Origin: Eledone cirrhosa
Lineage: Eukaryota
Length of the DNA stretch: 64,000 nucleotides
Reading direction: 5' to 3'
NCBI GenBank assembly: GCA_964016885.1
Contig: OZ024756.1
Coordinates: 9,176,001-9,240,000, forward strand
Part shown: positions 51,015 to 63,244 of the stretch, in pieces
Layout: every line of letters starts with the position of its first letter
Numbering within the stretch: the first letter of the stretch is position 1
Notes under the pieces: model-generated
Databases searched by the model: none
What the model saw: only the letters and a program-made list of their open reading frames with translations
What the model was told of the DNA's origin: nothing
Program-made: the position numbers and the translations under genes

Positions 51015-53800
51015 TCATCATCATCTTCCAAGCTAGCATGGGTTAGACGGGAGTTGTCCCACTTGAGGCAAGGTTGGTCGGGTGACCGTGTCTCGCTCAT
51101 ATAGAACTATATGACAGGTTTTCTACGGCTGGATGCCCTTCCTAACACCAACCACATTTACAGTGTGGAACTGGGAACTTTTTACCGTGTTACCTACACG
51201 GCCACATTACAGTGTGGACTGTGTGTTTTTTTGTTGTGACGCCTACACGACCTCGATCTCATCTCATTTGTTTGGACTGGATGTTGTAGTACCAACTTTA
51301 CAGAGAGAGGGTAGTGTTGGTGGGAGTGGGAGGATAGGGTAGGGGTAGTGGATTGGGGTGTATATTTGGTTAAGAGGTGCCTACTGACTGTAGGTTTCGC
51401 TTTGTACATAGGCAAGGCGGGTCTTCTGTATTGCTGCATAGCGCCAAAGATTTCGGTCCAGTGACATTGTCTTAGAGAGGTGTAAGGTCAAATCATCCCA
51501 GGTTTTTCTGGGTCTACCTACTCCGTAACTTCCATCAATTTTGATCGCCCTGCACGTTTTTATACAGCTGTCGTCTTTCATGCGTATCACGTGACCATAC
51601 CAACGTAGTCTTCTCTCGAGTAAACAGCATATGATCCCTCTTATTCCTAATTTCTCACTTAGTTCATTTATGCTTTGCCATTGACTTATATTACTATTAT
51701 ACATCCAACGGAGCATGCATGCTTCGTTCCTTTCCAGTCTACGCAGGTCCTCTGCACGCAATGCCCATGTCTCACTGCCATGTAGCATTGCTGTTCGTAT
51801 ACAGGCATCATACAATCTGCCTTTCATTTTTAGAGAGAAACCTTTTGTGGCCAACTGCGGTATAAGCTCTTTTTCCATCCTGTTCTGACTCTGGCTACTG
51901 TACTTTCAGAGCACCCTCCACCACTGCTGACTTTGTCACCTAGGTAACGGAATGTGTCCACTATTTCTATAGAACCATCTGAGCAATAGAAGGAGCTAGT
52001 ATCCTGTGAACACTTGCTACCTATTGCACCTGAGCATCGGTCACATATAAAATCTACGTTCTTAGATAGTTTACCTGTGATCCCACTAGATCTTTTATGT
52101 ACCCATAGTTTGCATTTGGGACATAAATTGGAATTTCTGCCTACTCCTTTCCTACACAGTGAGCATAGGCCATTTCCCTGAGGGCACCTGTGCCCTATTT
52201 TCCTTTCTACAAACTAGAACTTTAGTCTGAGACAAGTTAAGTTTAAGGCCTTTTGATTCTAGGCCATGCTTCCATGTTTGGAATTTCTTCTCTAGTTCAG
52301 CCATAGATTCAGCTATGAGAATTAGATCATCTGCGTATAGGAGTTTCCATGGGCAGCCAGTCTTAAACTCCTCTGTTATAGCCTGAAGGGCAATAATAAA
52401 TAGGAGGGGCCTAAGGACAGAGCCTTGACGAACACCAACTTTTACACTAAATTCTTCACAATATTCATTGTTAATTCTAACCTTACTGGCTGTTTCTTTA
52501 TACATGGCTTGTATAGCTCTCACAAGCCATTCATCAACCCCTAGTTTTCTAAGAGCCCACCAGATAATGGAGCGGGGGACTCTGTCAAAGGCTTTCTCCA
52601 GGTCTACAAAAGCTAAGTAGAGGGGTTTACTTTTAGCTAGGTACTTCCCCTGTAGTTGTCGTACAGGAAAAGAATGTCTGTGGTACTTTTACCTGACCCA
52701 AACTGCATTTCATCTAGATCAATTCACTCTCTGATTAGTTGCGCCATAACTCTTTCTGTGACCTTCATGACCTGGTCAACTAACTTAATGCCTCTATAGT
52801 TTCTCCTATCTAGAGCATCCCCTTTACCCTTGTAGCAGTTAATGATGATGCTGCTACGCCAGTCCTTTGGTATGACCCCATTCTGTATTACTTGGTTAAC
52901 TATACGGGTGACCATAGTATGTCCCACCATTCCAGATGCCTTCAACATCTTAGCAACTATCTCCGAAGGCCCAGCTGCCTTGCCTGTCTTCATATCTTTG
53001 ATTGCCTTACTTATTATACTACCTTTAACTTGCACCACTGGTCCAGCTATTGGATCGATTTGGGGCAGACTCTCTTTTTCCCATTTATTCTCATTTAATA
53101 GTCTCTCGTAGTGACACTTCCAAGCTATCTTCGTATCAGTAAAAGTGAGGGCAAGTACACCGTTATCATTATGGACACACTTCTCCCCGACAATATCACG
53201 GTTTTCCTTGACACATTGTCTAGCAATCCTGAACACCTCATGTTTTTGGTCCTCTTGTAGAACATGCTTGAACTTTCTATCCTCTGCTTCCCTTTTTGCA
53301 AGGTTGTCTCCTAGCTTCTCTCCTGGCCACATGATAGTGCTCTCTACTTCCCCCATCCTGCCATACTTTCCAAGCCTGCTTTTTGGCCTTGATTGTCTCT
53401 TCCACCTTACTGTTCCACCACCAAGTTACTCTCCTCCTGCCAATAGGTCTGCTCCAGCCACAGATTTCATCCATTGCTTTCAGCAGGTTCACTTTCAAGA
53501 ATTCCCACTGTTCCTCTATATTGCACGTCTGTAATTGCACTTCCTTATTGTCAAAGGCATCAAGTAATAAGCTTTTAAATTTGTCACTGGCTATGGGGTC
53601 CTTCAACTTCCATATTCTTCTTTTCAAGGTAGTCCTCCTCTGTCGTTGAGTACGTCTATTCCTGACTATGAGGTCACTAACTACTAGGCTATGTTGGGAG
53701 GTGCATTCTTCAAGGGGGAGGGATTTAGTGTTTACAACAGACACTTTGTCACGTCTTCTAGTAAGGATATAATCTATCTGGCTGGCATGTTCCCCTGATC
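51015..53800 (-). mobile_element. 5'-truncated RTE-clade LINE (APE C-terminus, RT, PHD-like finger, 3'UTR, (GAT)n tail); frameshifted
   Basis: SQIDYIL/SQH endonuclease end; YKGKGD..NYRGIKL; GVRQGSVL.PLLF; YADD; LRWYGHV..GRPRKTW; 3' stem-loop and ATG-repeat tail. Confidence 0.92.
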
Positions 53801-53912
53801 TCTCTATATGTATGTATGTATGTATGTAAAAGGTAAACAGAAATGACAACACAATCGGTACAGTATATGAATGGAATATATTAGGTTAACGCTTGAAATA
53901 GCAGGAAGAGGG

Positions 53913-53948
53913 TCTTAACGTTTCGGACGCTAGTCCTTCATCAGAAGA
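53913..53948 (-). ncRNA. Minimal type-I hammerhead ribozyme motif (Penelope-type)
   Basis: TCTT CTGATGA A GGAC TAGC GTCC GAAAC GTT AAGA: complete core, stems I and II paired, palindromic ACGT stem III. Confidence 0.75.
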
Positions 53949-54551
53949 AAGAATGAGAAATAGGATAGATAGAGGGGACGGGCGGGGTGGAATAGGAAAA
54001 AATATTTTTAGAGAAAAATAACAGGTCCATTCATGTTGACATCTCATATATATAGCAGAATTAAACTAGTCAGACCATTATTCAACAGAGTACTCGATAC
54101 TTGGGATAGTAGAGTATGACTATATTAGACAGATTTGTAGCTTGACGGCTGAGCTCTTACTGTTTCGACAGCTAGTTCCACTAGAATTAGTTGTCAAATG
54201 GCAAGAGCTTAGACGTCAGAGTCCGACTCTTTCTAATATATATATATATATCTAAAGTCTGTCTTAAGCCAGAAGGTTCATTTGGCCGGTGCTTATCCCA
54301 GTTTCATGGCGTGAAGCGACTGAGAGTACAAGACTTCCCCCTGGACAGGACGCCAATCCATCGCAGGGTTAAATCCCCAGCTATTGCTGGTACTCATTTT
54401 CAGCTGAGTATACTGGAGCAACGTGAAATGAAATGTTTTGTTTGAGAACACAATAGGCAACCCAGGAATCGAACCCACGACATTATGATCGTAAGTTCAA
54501 CACTCTTACCACGAGGCCATGTGCCTCCACTTTTTATATATATATACATAT

Positions 54552-54884
54552 GGAGGCACATGGCTTAGTGGTTAGAGCATTGGCCTTGTAATCGAAAGGT
54601 TGTGAGTTCAATTCTCAGACCGGGTGATATGTTGTGTCCTTGAGCAAGACACTTTATTTCACATTGCTCCAGTTTACTCAGCTGTAGAAATGAGATGATA
54701 GGGACTGGGGTCCCTATCATTCCACTGTAAAGTGGACGTGTAGGCGCCACGGAAAAAAAGCACCCAGCACTCACTGTAAATGAGGTTAGTGTTAGGAAGG
54801 GCATCCAGCTGTAGAAATCAAGCCAGAATCAGTTCCCGTCCCACCCTTGCAAGCAGGGAAAAAGCAGGCGTAAAATGAAATGAA
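54552..54884 (+). mobile_element. SINE family A copy
   Basis: Near-identical to 767-1102. Confidence 0.88.
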
Positions 54885-56169
54885 TATACACACACAAATG
54901 AAAAACGGAGTTAAAAACTCGCATTAATACCCTGTAATTAATCTCAAAGTATAAAAACTGGACTCTTTATAATATATAGAAATAAACACACAAAGAAGTG
55001 TGTTTAGAATTACATGGGTCGGAAGCCACTTTGGTGAAATGGATATAATCTATGAACGAATGGGAAATACATAACTGGAAAAGGTGAATTAAAATGTACT
55101 AACTATTTCAATAACTATTAAACTCCTGCACAAACTACAGTAGAGTTTGTTTTGCCATAAATTTGTGGCTGTGTCAGATAATACTAGGGCTTTTCAACAG
55201 GAGATAGGACTATCTGAACAGCACACCTAGAGATAAATTAGGTATCTAAATATCACACATGGTGTGGTAAGAGAACAAGTGAAACCATGTGCATCAGACA
55301 GGACATAGTGGCATGGGTGGGTTGTAAAATGGCTAGAAAAGGCAGCCTAAAGTCACTCAACTTCAAAGGTTCAACAGAGAACGAGAGAAATATGTATGTG
55401 TATCATATATACATACACACATACATACAAGACTATGAATATATATAACAAGTACATAACTACTACATTTACTATACAGTTACTTCCCCTATGTAGCTGT
55501 GAAACCCTCATCAGTTCTAAATTCTGTAAGATTATAAAATTACTTAAGAAAGCCATTAGCCAATTTTATTAGTCTTCAAGTCATTACTTGAGCAAGACAT
55601 CCAGCTGTAGAAATGAAGCAAATATCAGTTCTGTATGAGCAAGACAGTCATCTGACCTGGCTTATCTCACAAAGGGCTAGCTCGTCTAACCCATGTTAGC
55701 GTGGAAAATGGACATTAACCTTTCAGTATTTAAACCGGCTGTATCCGGTCAGAATTCTCTCACCTCTTTCTGTTCAAACTGGCCATAACTAGCCACTCAT
55801 ACTGATGTTAAGGTATTTGTACAGTCACCGGAAATAACATCTGTGAAATAAACAGCTCCATCTATCTGCTTAGCTAGCTACCTCACCGTGAAACAAACAA
55901 CCCTTAAAGCCACCAGAATAAAACGCCTACGCAGCGGCTAAACATCAAACTATTATTTTTGTATAAATAAAGTGGTTCCAAACACTTTCGCCAGTCAACT
56001 TTGGCAGAGTCAACTCGCGTATCGTTGTTCCTCTCCTCTGCCACACTTGTCACTCACACACGCCTTGTACCTTGTATCGTCGCTTCATGTGAAAATAAAT
56101 AGCTGACCGAAACTACATCTCTCGCCTTGCTCGTCCTTTCAACTTGTGCTTTCGTCTGTTTATCCTTAC

Positions 56170-56413
56170 CTTATGTGACAACAGTTCTTTTAAGAGCTAC
56201 CCTCAGATCCGATCAGACCATATGTGATAACAGTCCTTTTAAGGGCTATCCTCAGATCCGATCAGACCATATGTGATAACAGTCCTTTTAAGGGCTATCC
56301 TCAGATCCGATCAGACCGTATGTGATAACAGTCCTTTTAAGGGCTACCCTCAGATCCGATCAGACCGTATGCAATAACAGTCCTTTTAAGGGCTATTCTC
56401 GGATCCGATCAGA
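56170..56413. repeat. 49-bp tandem repeat x5 inside the Gypsy LTR
   Basis: TATGTGATAACAGTCCTTTTAAGGGCTA.CCTCAGATCCGATCAGACC. Confidence 0.9.
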
Positions 56414-56449
56414 AGTAGTGACCAGACTGACTAACCACGTCGCTACAAT

Positions 56450-56481
56450 TGGTGACCCCGACGTGATTTGAACACGCAACC
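56450..56481 (+). other. Primer binding site complementary to the 3' end of tRNA-Trp
   Basis: TGGTGACCCCGACGTGATTTGAACACGCAACC, 2 nt after LTR end CA. Confidence 0.88.
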
Positions 56482-58234
56482 AGACAGCAGCCTAACAAGT
56501 TACCAACATGGACATGTCACAACCAACGACAGAGGCCGAGATTTCAGAGCTGTGGGCTATTATCAGAGAGCGGGCTGGTCAATTTAAAGCCCTCTCAAAT
56601 CAAGTAGAGAACCTGACCTTTCAAACATACTGGCGACGCAGCAACAGTCGATCCAGGCCTTTTCACAGTTGAAGATCCAGAAGTCCCAGTCAAAATCGTG
56701 TGTCTAGCAACCTCTGCTAGTATCACGCAGCATTCGGCGCACAGGCATCTAAGTGCAAGGCCCCATGCTCTTTCCAGAATACCACCCAGGGCCTAGCGAT
56801 GACGTTCACCCCTGGTACTGAGAAGAAAAGTCGCCTGTTTTTTATCAACAACCAAGCGTCAGGCATCCGTTACCTCGTGGATACAGGAGCCCAGGTTAGT
56901 GTTATTCCTGTTTCACTAGTCTCGGGCAGAAGCCATCCAACACCGTCCTTTCTGCAGGCAGTGAACCGATCGTCAATTCTGACTTTCGGAGAGAAATCAC
57001 TGACCCTCAATTTAGGCCTAAGGCGTCGTTTTCAATGGGTGTTCGTCGTGGCAGACCTGCCGACCCCTATCTTAGGAGCCGATTTTCTCCACCACTTCAA
57101 CCTTCTGGTGGACATGAAGGACCGGAGGCTTATTGACACCACCACAAACCTCACTATGAGAGGTATATTCACAGGGCCTTCGCGTTACAACTGCATTCTC
57201 CAGAAATACCCAGACATCACTCGCCCGGTATTTAAGCATGGACCTATTAAGCATAGTGTCACACATCACATCGAGACAAGAGAACCACCCACAGCTGCCC
57301 GACCAAGGAGACTGCTTCCAGACCGATTGAGAATCGCCAAACAGGAGTTTCTACACATGCTGGACCTTGGAATCATTCGCCCTTCCTCTAGCAACTGGTC
57401 TGCACCCCTACACCTTGTTCGTAAAAAAACCGAGAATGATTGGCGACCATGTGAGGATTATCGTGCACTCAACAATTCCACAGTACCCGATAATTACCCT
57501 GTACCTCACTTGCATGACTTTTCTGCCTCTCTGCAAGCCGCATGCATCTTTTCCAAGATAGATTTGGTGCGGACATATAACCAGATACCTATGGAGCCTG
57601 CAGATATTCCAAAGACCGCAATCACAACACCATTCAGTTTATTTGAATTCCTGCGAATGCTGTTCAGTCTGCGCAATGCTGAAGAAACTTTTCAGCGGTT
57701 TATTGACACCATGTTACATGATCTACCCTTTGTATATCCATATATCGACGACGTGCTAGTAGCAAGTACTTCCGAGCAAGAACACGAGAAGCTCTTAGAT
57801 CTTCTTTTCCAACGTTTGGCCGAGTACGGTATTATCATCAACCCCAGAAAGTGCCTTCTCGGTGTTCCTTCACTGTCCTTTCTCGGGCACATCATTGATA
57901 AAGACGGCATTTGTCCACTTCCTGAGAAAGTAGAAGCTATCCGTAATTTTCCCGCACCTACATCACTTCGGAAACTGCGTGAATTCCTCGGTTTGGTGAA
58001 TTTTTATAGGTGTTTCATCCCTCATTGTGCCGACGCAGCCAGAATCCTCACGGACCTTATGAATGAAAAAATGGCGTGCTGCGTTGTTGTGAGTGTGATA
58101 CATATGAATGAAAAATAGAGCAAGAAACAGGACTGTCCATCATCAGTGATCTTCTGACTATCATCGATATTTCTTCGCATTAAAGACCAGATACCTCAAA
58201 ATCAGTGCGAGCAATAACTAGTGTGTATATATAA

Positions 58235-58562
58235 AGAGTAAAGACTCCTTCAGTCACAAATGACCACAAGATTTGAATCTAGAAAGTTCCCCTCCGAGGC
58301 ACAAGTCTGGGTAAGTTTGTTTGTGGAAGACCAGCAGTCACCCATGAATACCAGTCTACCCTCTCCACGCCACTGATGTTGTCCAGGGGAAAGGTAATCA
58401 CCGATACAGCTTGACACCAGTGATGTCACAACTCATTTCTACAGCTGAGTAAACTGGAGCAACACGAAATAAAGTGTCTTGCTCAAGAACACAATGCAAA
58501 GTCCAGTCCAAGAATCACTCACAACCTCACAATTGTAAGCACGAGGCTCTAACCACTAAGCC
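58235..58562 (-). mobile_element. SINE family C (shared head/CORE, third tail type); also 12430-12715 (-)
   Basis: Shared CORE block CTACAGCTGAGTAAACTGGAGCAAC; distinct tail shared by the two copies. Confidence 0.75.
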
Positions 58563-58938
58563 TTATATATATATATATATGTATCTGTGACCATGTCTTG
58601 CTCATACAGAACTGTCCCTGGCAGGTTTTCTACGGCTGGATACCTTTCCTAACACCAACCACATTTACAGAGTGGACCGGGTGCCAGAGTGTTGTAGTTT
58701 TCTGGAAGCATTACTGAATAGGAAATATAAATTTAAATAATTTTAAAAGCCATACAATGCATTAGAAAATTAAAGGTGTCAAGATAATGATAACATTTTA
58801 GCTTAGCAAATTTAATCATCCCAAATATTTTCAGGTTTAAAAACCTGTTATCAGGGGAGTATCCCTGTGAAGGTCTTAAGGGATCAGTCGGAGATAAGTT
58901 GTTGTTAATAAGGCAGATTTAATTTAAATGTAATGAAA

Positions 58939-59285
58939 GGAGGCACATGGCTTAGTGGTTAGAGCATTGGCCTTGCAATCGAAAGATTGTGAGTTCAATT
59001 CTCAGACCGGGTGATGTGTTGTTTCCTTGAGCAAGACACTTTATTTCACATTGCTCCAGTTTACTCAGCTGTAGAAATGAGATGATAGGGACTGGGGTTC
59101 CTATCATTCCACTGCAAAGTGGTCGTGGAGGCGCCACGGCTAAAAAGCACCCAGCACTCACTGTAAATGAGGTTGGTGTTAAGAAGGGCATCCAACTGTA
59201 GAAATCAAGCCAGAATCAGTTCCCGTCCCACCCTTGCAAGCAGGGAAAAGTGGACGTAAAATGAAATGATGATGATGAAATGATG
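58939..59285 (+). mobile_element. SINE family A copy
   Basis: Near-identical to 767-1102. Confidence 0.88.
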
Positions 59286-59454
59286 AAAAGATGTTAAAAT
59301 TTCAAGCATGCATGTTGTGAAATATGTGTGAGAAAAAGTGTTTGATATATGTATGTGTGTACGTGAATGTAAGTGTGCGTTGTTGACGATGATGGATAGG
59401 AGCTAGGGGATGTCAGTGGTGGTGGGGGCCGAAACAATCCAGGTTGCTGGACAC

Positions 59455-59830
59455 GACACATTCAGTGAGTATGTCGACAGTCAGGAGTGCAGGTACCGAT
59501 ATGTAGAGGGATACTACATCTAGGCTGGAGGCATACCTGTTGGATCTGAGGTAAGTTTTAACCGTGACAGTTTAGTCTGGAGATCACGGTTGTGGGAGAG
59601 GGGAGGGGTAGTAAGTTGTCGAGATGGTAAGTGGGGAATTCTGTGTTCATTCTGGAAGTCTTAGAAGTATCGTTGAAAGACAACCACTTGAACTTGTAGG
59701 CAGCTCTGTAGAAATTGGTCTCAATGTTGAGCCTGAGTCTGTCAGACTTAAGGCTTGAGCTGGTGAGAATCTGGTCCTGGTTTAACGTGTCTTTGTTTAT
59801 TTCTTTCGTGGCTGAGTTCAAATTGTCTTT
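59455..59830 (-). mobile_element. Penelope-like RT remnant
   Basis: Reverse-strand peptide VKTYLRSNRYASSLDVVSLYISVPALLTVDILTE resembles PLE RT motif A (SLDVxSLYTxxP); related piece at ~19760-19930. Confidence 0.55.
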
Positions 59831-59941
59831 ATTATAGAAGTATATTTACAATCTACCATCGGTGGCATATTAAAGGTAGGGAAATAAAAAAGGAAAATAA
59901 TTAAATAGAGAAAGTAACAGAAAGGAAAGGGGAGGAAGGCT

Positions 59942-61920
59942 GTATACCCCAGTCTACATAATAAATATATACACCTCAGTCTAGAGTATATATATGTATG
60001 TAGAGGAATATATATACCCCAGTCTAGAGTATATAATATATATATATGTATGTAGAGGAATATATATACCCTAGTCTAGAGTATATAATATATATATATG
60101 TATATATGTATGTAGAGGAATATATATACCCCAGTCTAGAGTATATAATATATATATATATGTATGTAGAGGAATATATGTACCCCAGTCTAGAGTATAT
60201 AATATATATATATGTATGTAGAGGAATATATATACCCCAGTCTAGAGTATATAATATATATATATGTATGTAGAGGAATATATATACCCCAGTCTAGAGT
60301 ATATAATATATATATATGTATGTAGAGGAATATATATACCCCAGTCTAGAGTATATAATATATATATATGTATGTAGAGGAATATATGTACCTCAGTCTA
60401 GAGTATATAATATATATATATGTATGTAGAGGAATATATATACCCTAGTCTAGAGTATGTAATATATATATATATGTATGTAGAGGAATATATGTACCCC
60501 AGTCTAGAGTATGTAATATATATATGTATGTAGAGGAATATATATACCCCAGTCTAGAGTATATAATAAATATATATATGTATGTAGAGGAATATATATA
60601 CCCCAGTCTAGAGTATATAATATATATATATGTATGTAGAGGAATATATATACCCCAGTCTAGAGTATATAATATATATATATGTATGTAGAGGAATATA
60701 TATACCCCAGTTTAGAGTATATAATATATATATATGTATGTAGAGGAATATATGTACCCCAGTCTAGAGTATATAATATATATGTATGTAGAGGAATATA
60801 TATACCCCAGTCTAGAGTATATAATATATATATATGTATGTAGAGGAATATATATACCCCAGTCTAGAGTATATAATAAATATATATACTTGCGTAGATT
60901 AGAAAGAAACGAAGCCTGCATGCTCCGATGGATGTGTAATAGTAATATACGCGAACAGCAAAGCTTAAATGAATTGAGAGAGAGACTGAGCATAAGAGGA
61001 ATCAAATGCTGTGTGCAGGAGAGGCGGTTGCGTTGGTATGGACATGTGATGCATATGAAGGATGACAGCTGCATAAAAAGGTGCAGAGCACTAGAAGTCG
61101 ATGGAAGCCGCAGAGTGGGGAAACCCAAGAAGACCTGGGATGAGGTGATAAAAGCCGACCTTACCCAATTACACCTCTCAAAGGCAATGACACATGACCG
61201 TGACCTCTGGCGTCACGCAGTAATACAGAGTACCCGACCGCCCACGGGTACAAGCCGAAGCTGAAGCATATAGACAATATGCCCCCACAACCTCCCACTG
61301 CAAGGTGGTCGTGGAGGTGCCACGGCAAAAAAGCACCCAGCCCACACTGTAAATGAGGTTGGTGTTAGGAAGGGCATCCAGCTGTAGAAATCAAGCCAAA
61401 TCAGTTCCTGTATGAGCAAGGCATGGTCAGCCGACCAGACACTGCCCACAACAGGACAACCCGTCTAACCCATGCTAGTGTGGAAGAACGGACGTAAAAC
61501 GGTGATGATGATGATGAGAGGAATATATACCCCAGTCTAGATTATATAATATATATATATATAGAAGACTATATATACCCCAGTCTAGAGTATATAATAT
61601 ATATATATATATATACCCCAGTCTAGAGTATATATATATAGAGAGGAATATATACCCCAGTTTAGAGTATATAATATATATATATGTATAGAGGACTATA
61701 TATACCCCAGTCTAGAGTATATAATATATATATAGAGAGAGGACTATATATACCCCAGTCTAGAGTATATAATATATATATATATAGAGAGGAATATATA
61801 CCCCAGTCTAGATTATATAATATATATATATATAGAGGACTATATATACCCCAGTCTAGATTATATAATATATATATATATAGAGGACTATATATACCCC
61901 AGTCTAGAGTATATAATATA

Positions 61921-61954
<34 letters not shown>

Positions 61955-63190
61955 CCCCAGTCTAGAGTATATATATATATAGAGGAATATATACCCCAGT
62001 TTAGAGTATATAATATATATGTATAGAGGAATATATATACCCCAGTCTAGAGTATATAATATATATATATAGAGGAATATATACCCCAGTCTAGAGTATA
62101 TAATATATATATATATATAGAGGAATATATACCCCAGTCTAGAGTATATAATATATATATATATATATAGAGGAATATATACCCCAGTCTGGCGTATATA
62201 ATATATATATATGTAGAGGAATATATATACCCCAGTCTAGAGTATATAATATATATATATGTAGAGGAATATATATACCCCAGTCTAGAGTGTATAATAT
62301 ATATATATATGTAGAGGACTATATATACCCCAGTCTAGAGTATATAATATATATATATGTAGAGGAATATATATACCCCAGTCTAGAGTGTATAATATAT
62401 ATATATATGTAGAGGACTATATATACCCCAGTCTAGCGTATATAATATATATATATGTAGAGGAATATATATACCCCAGTCTAGAGTGTATAATATATAT
62501 ATATGTAGAGGAATATATATACCCCAGTCTAGAGTGTATAATATATATATATGTAGAGGACTATATATACCCCAGTCTAGAGTATATAATATATATATAT
62601 ATAGAGGAATATATACCCCAGTCTAGAGTATATAATATATATATATATATAGAGGAATATATACCCCAGTCTAGCGTATATAATATATATATATGTAGAG
62701 GAATATATATACCCCAGTCTAGAGTATATAATATATATATATGTAGAGGAATATATATACCCCAGTCTAGAGTGTATAATATATATATATATATGTAGAG
62801 GACTATATATACCCCAGTCTAGAGTATATAATATATATATATGTAGAGGAATATATATACCCCAGTCTAGAGTGTATAATATATATATATATGTAGAGGA
62901 CTATATATACCCCAGTCTAGCGTATATAATATATATATATGTAGAGGAATATATATACCCCAGTCTAGAGTGTATAATATATATATATGTAGAGGAATAT
63001 ATATACCCCAGTCTAGAGTGTATAATATATATATATGTAGAGGACTATATATACCCCAGTCTAGAGTATATAATATATATATATATAGAGGAATATATAC
63101 CCCAGTCTAGAGTATATAATATATATATATATATATACCGCAGTCTAGAGTATATAATATATATATATATATATATACCGCAGTCTAGAG

Positions 63191-63232
<42 letters not shown>

Positions 63233-63244
63233 CAGTGTAGAGTA
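59942..63244. repeat. ~45-55-bp TA-rich minisatellite interrupted by a LINE
   Basis: TATACCCCAGTCTAGAGTATATAATATATATATATGTATGTAGAGGAA. Confidence 0.93.
60888..61517 (+). mobile_element. RTE LINE 3' fragment inserted in a minisatellite
   Basis: LRRLERNEACMLRWMC..RLRWYGHV..KKTW, 3'UTR, (ATG)n tail. Confidence 0.9.

Larger units (their letters stand above)
55818..58060 (+). mobile_element. Ty3/Gypsy LTR retrotransposon, 3'-truncated: 5' LTR (~55818-56447), PBS, deleted gag, pol (PR, RT)
   Basis: TGTA...TACA LTR; tRNA-Trp PBS; gag C-terminal C.YH..FG..A.KC..PC; protease LVDTGAQVS; RT YIDD (ORF 56799-58118). Confidence 0.9.

Noticed and set aside
56170-56413. CRISPR-like repeat arrays (here and at the other tandem arrays)
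   Set aside because: No unique spacers, no cas genes, eukaryotic context
56450-56481. tRNA-Trp gene
   Set aside because: Only the 3' 32 nt, with encoded CCA, directly after an LTR: a PBS, not a gene
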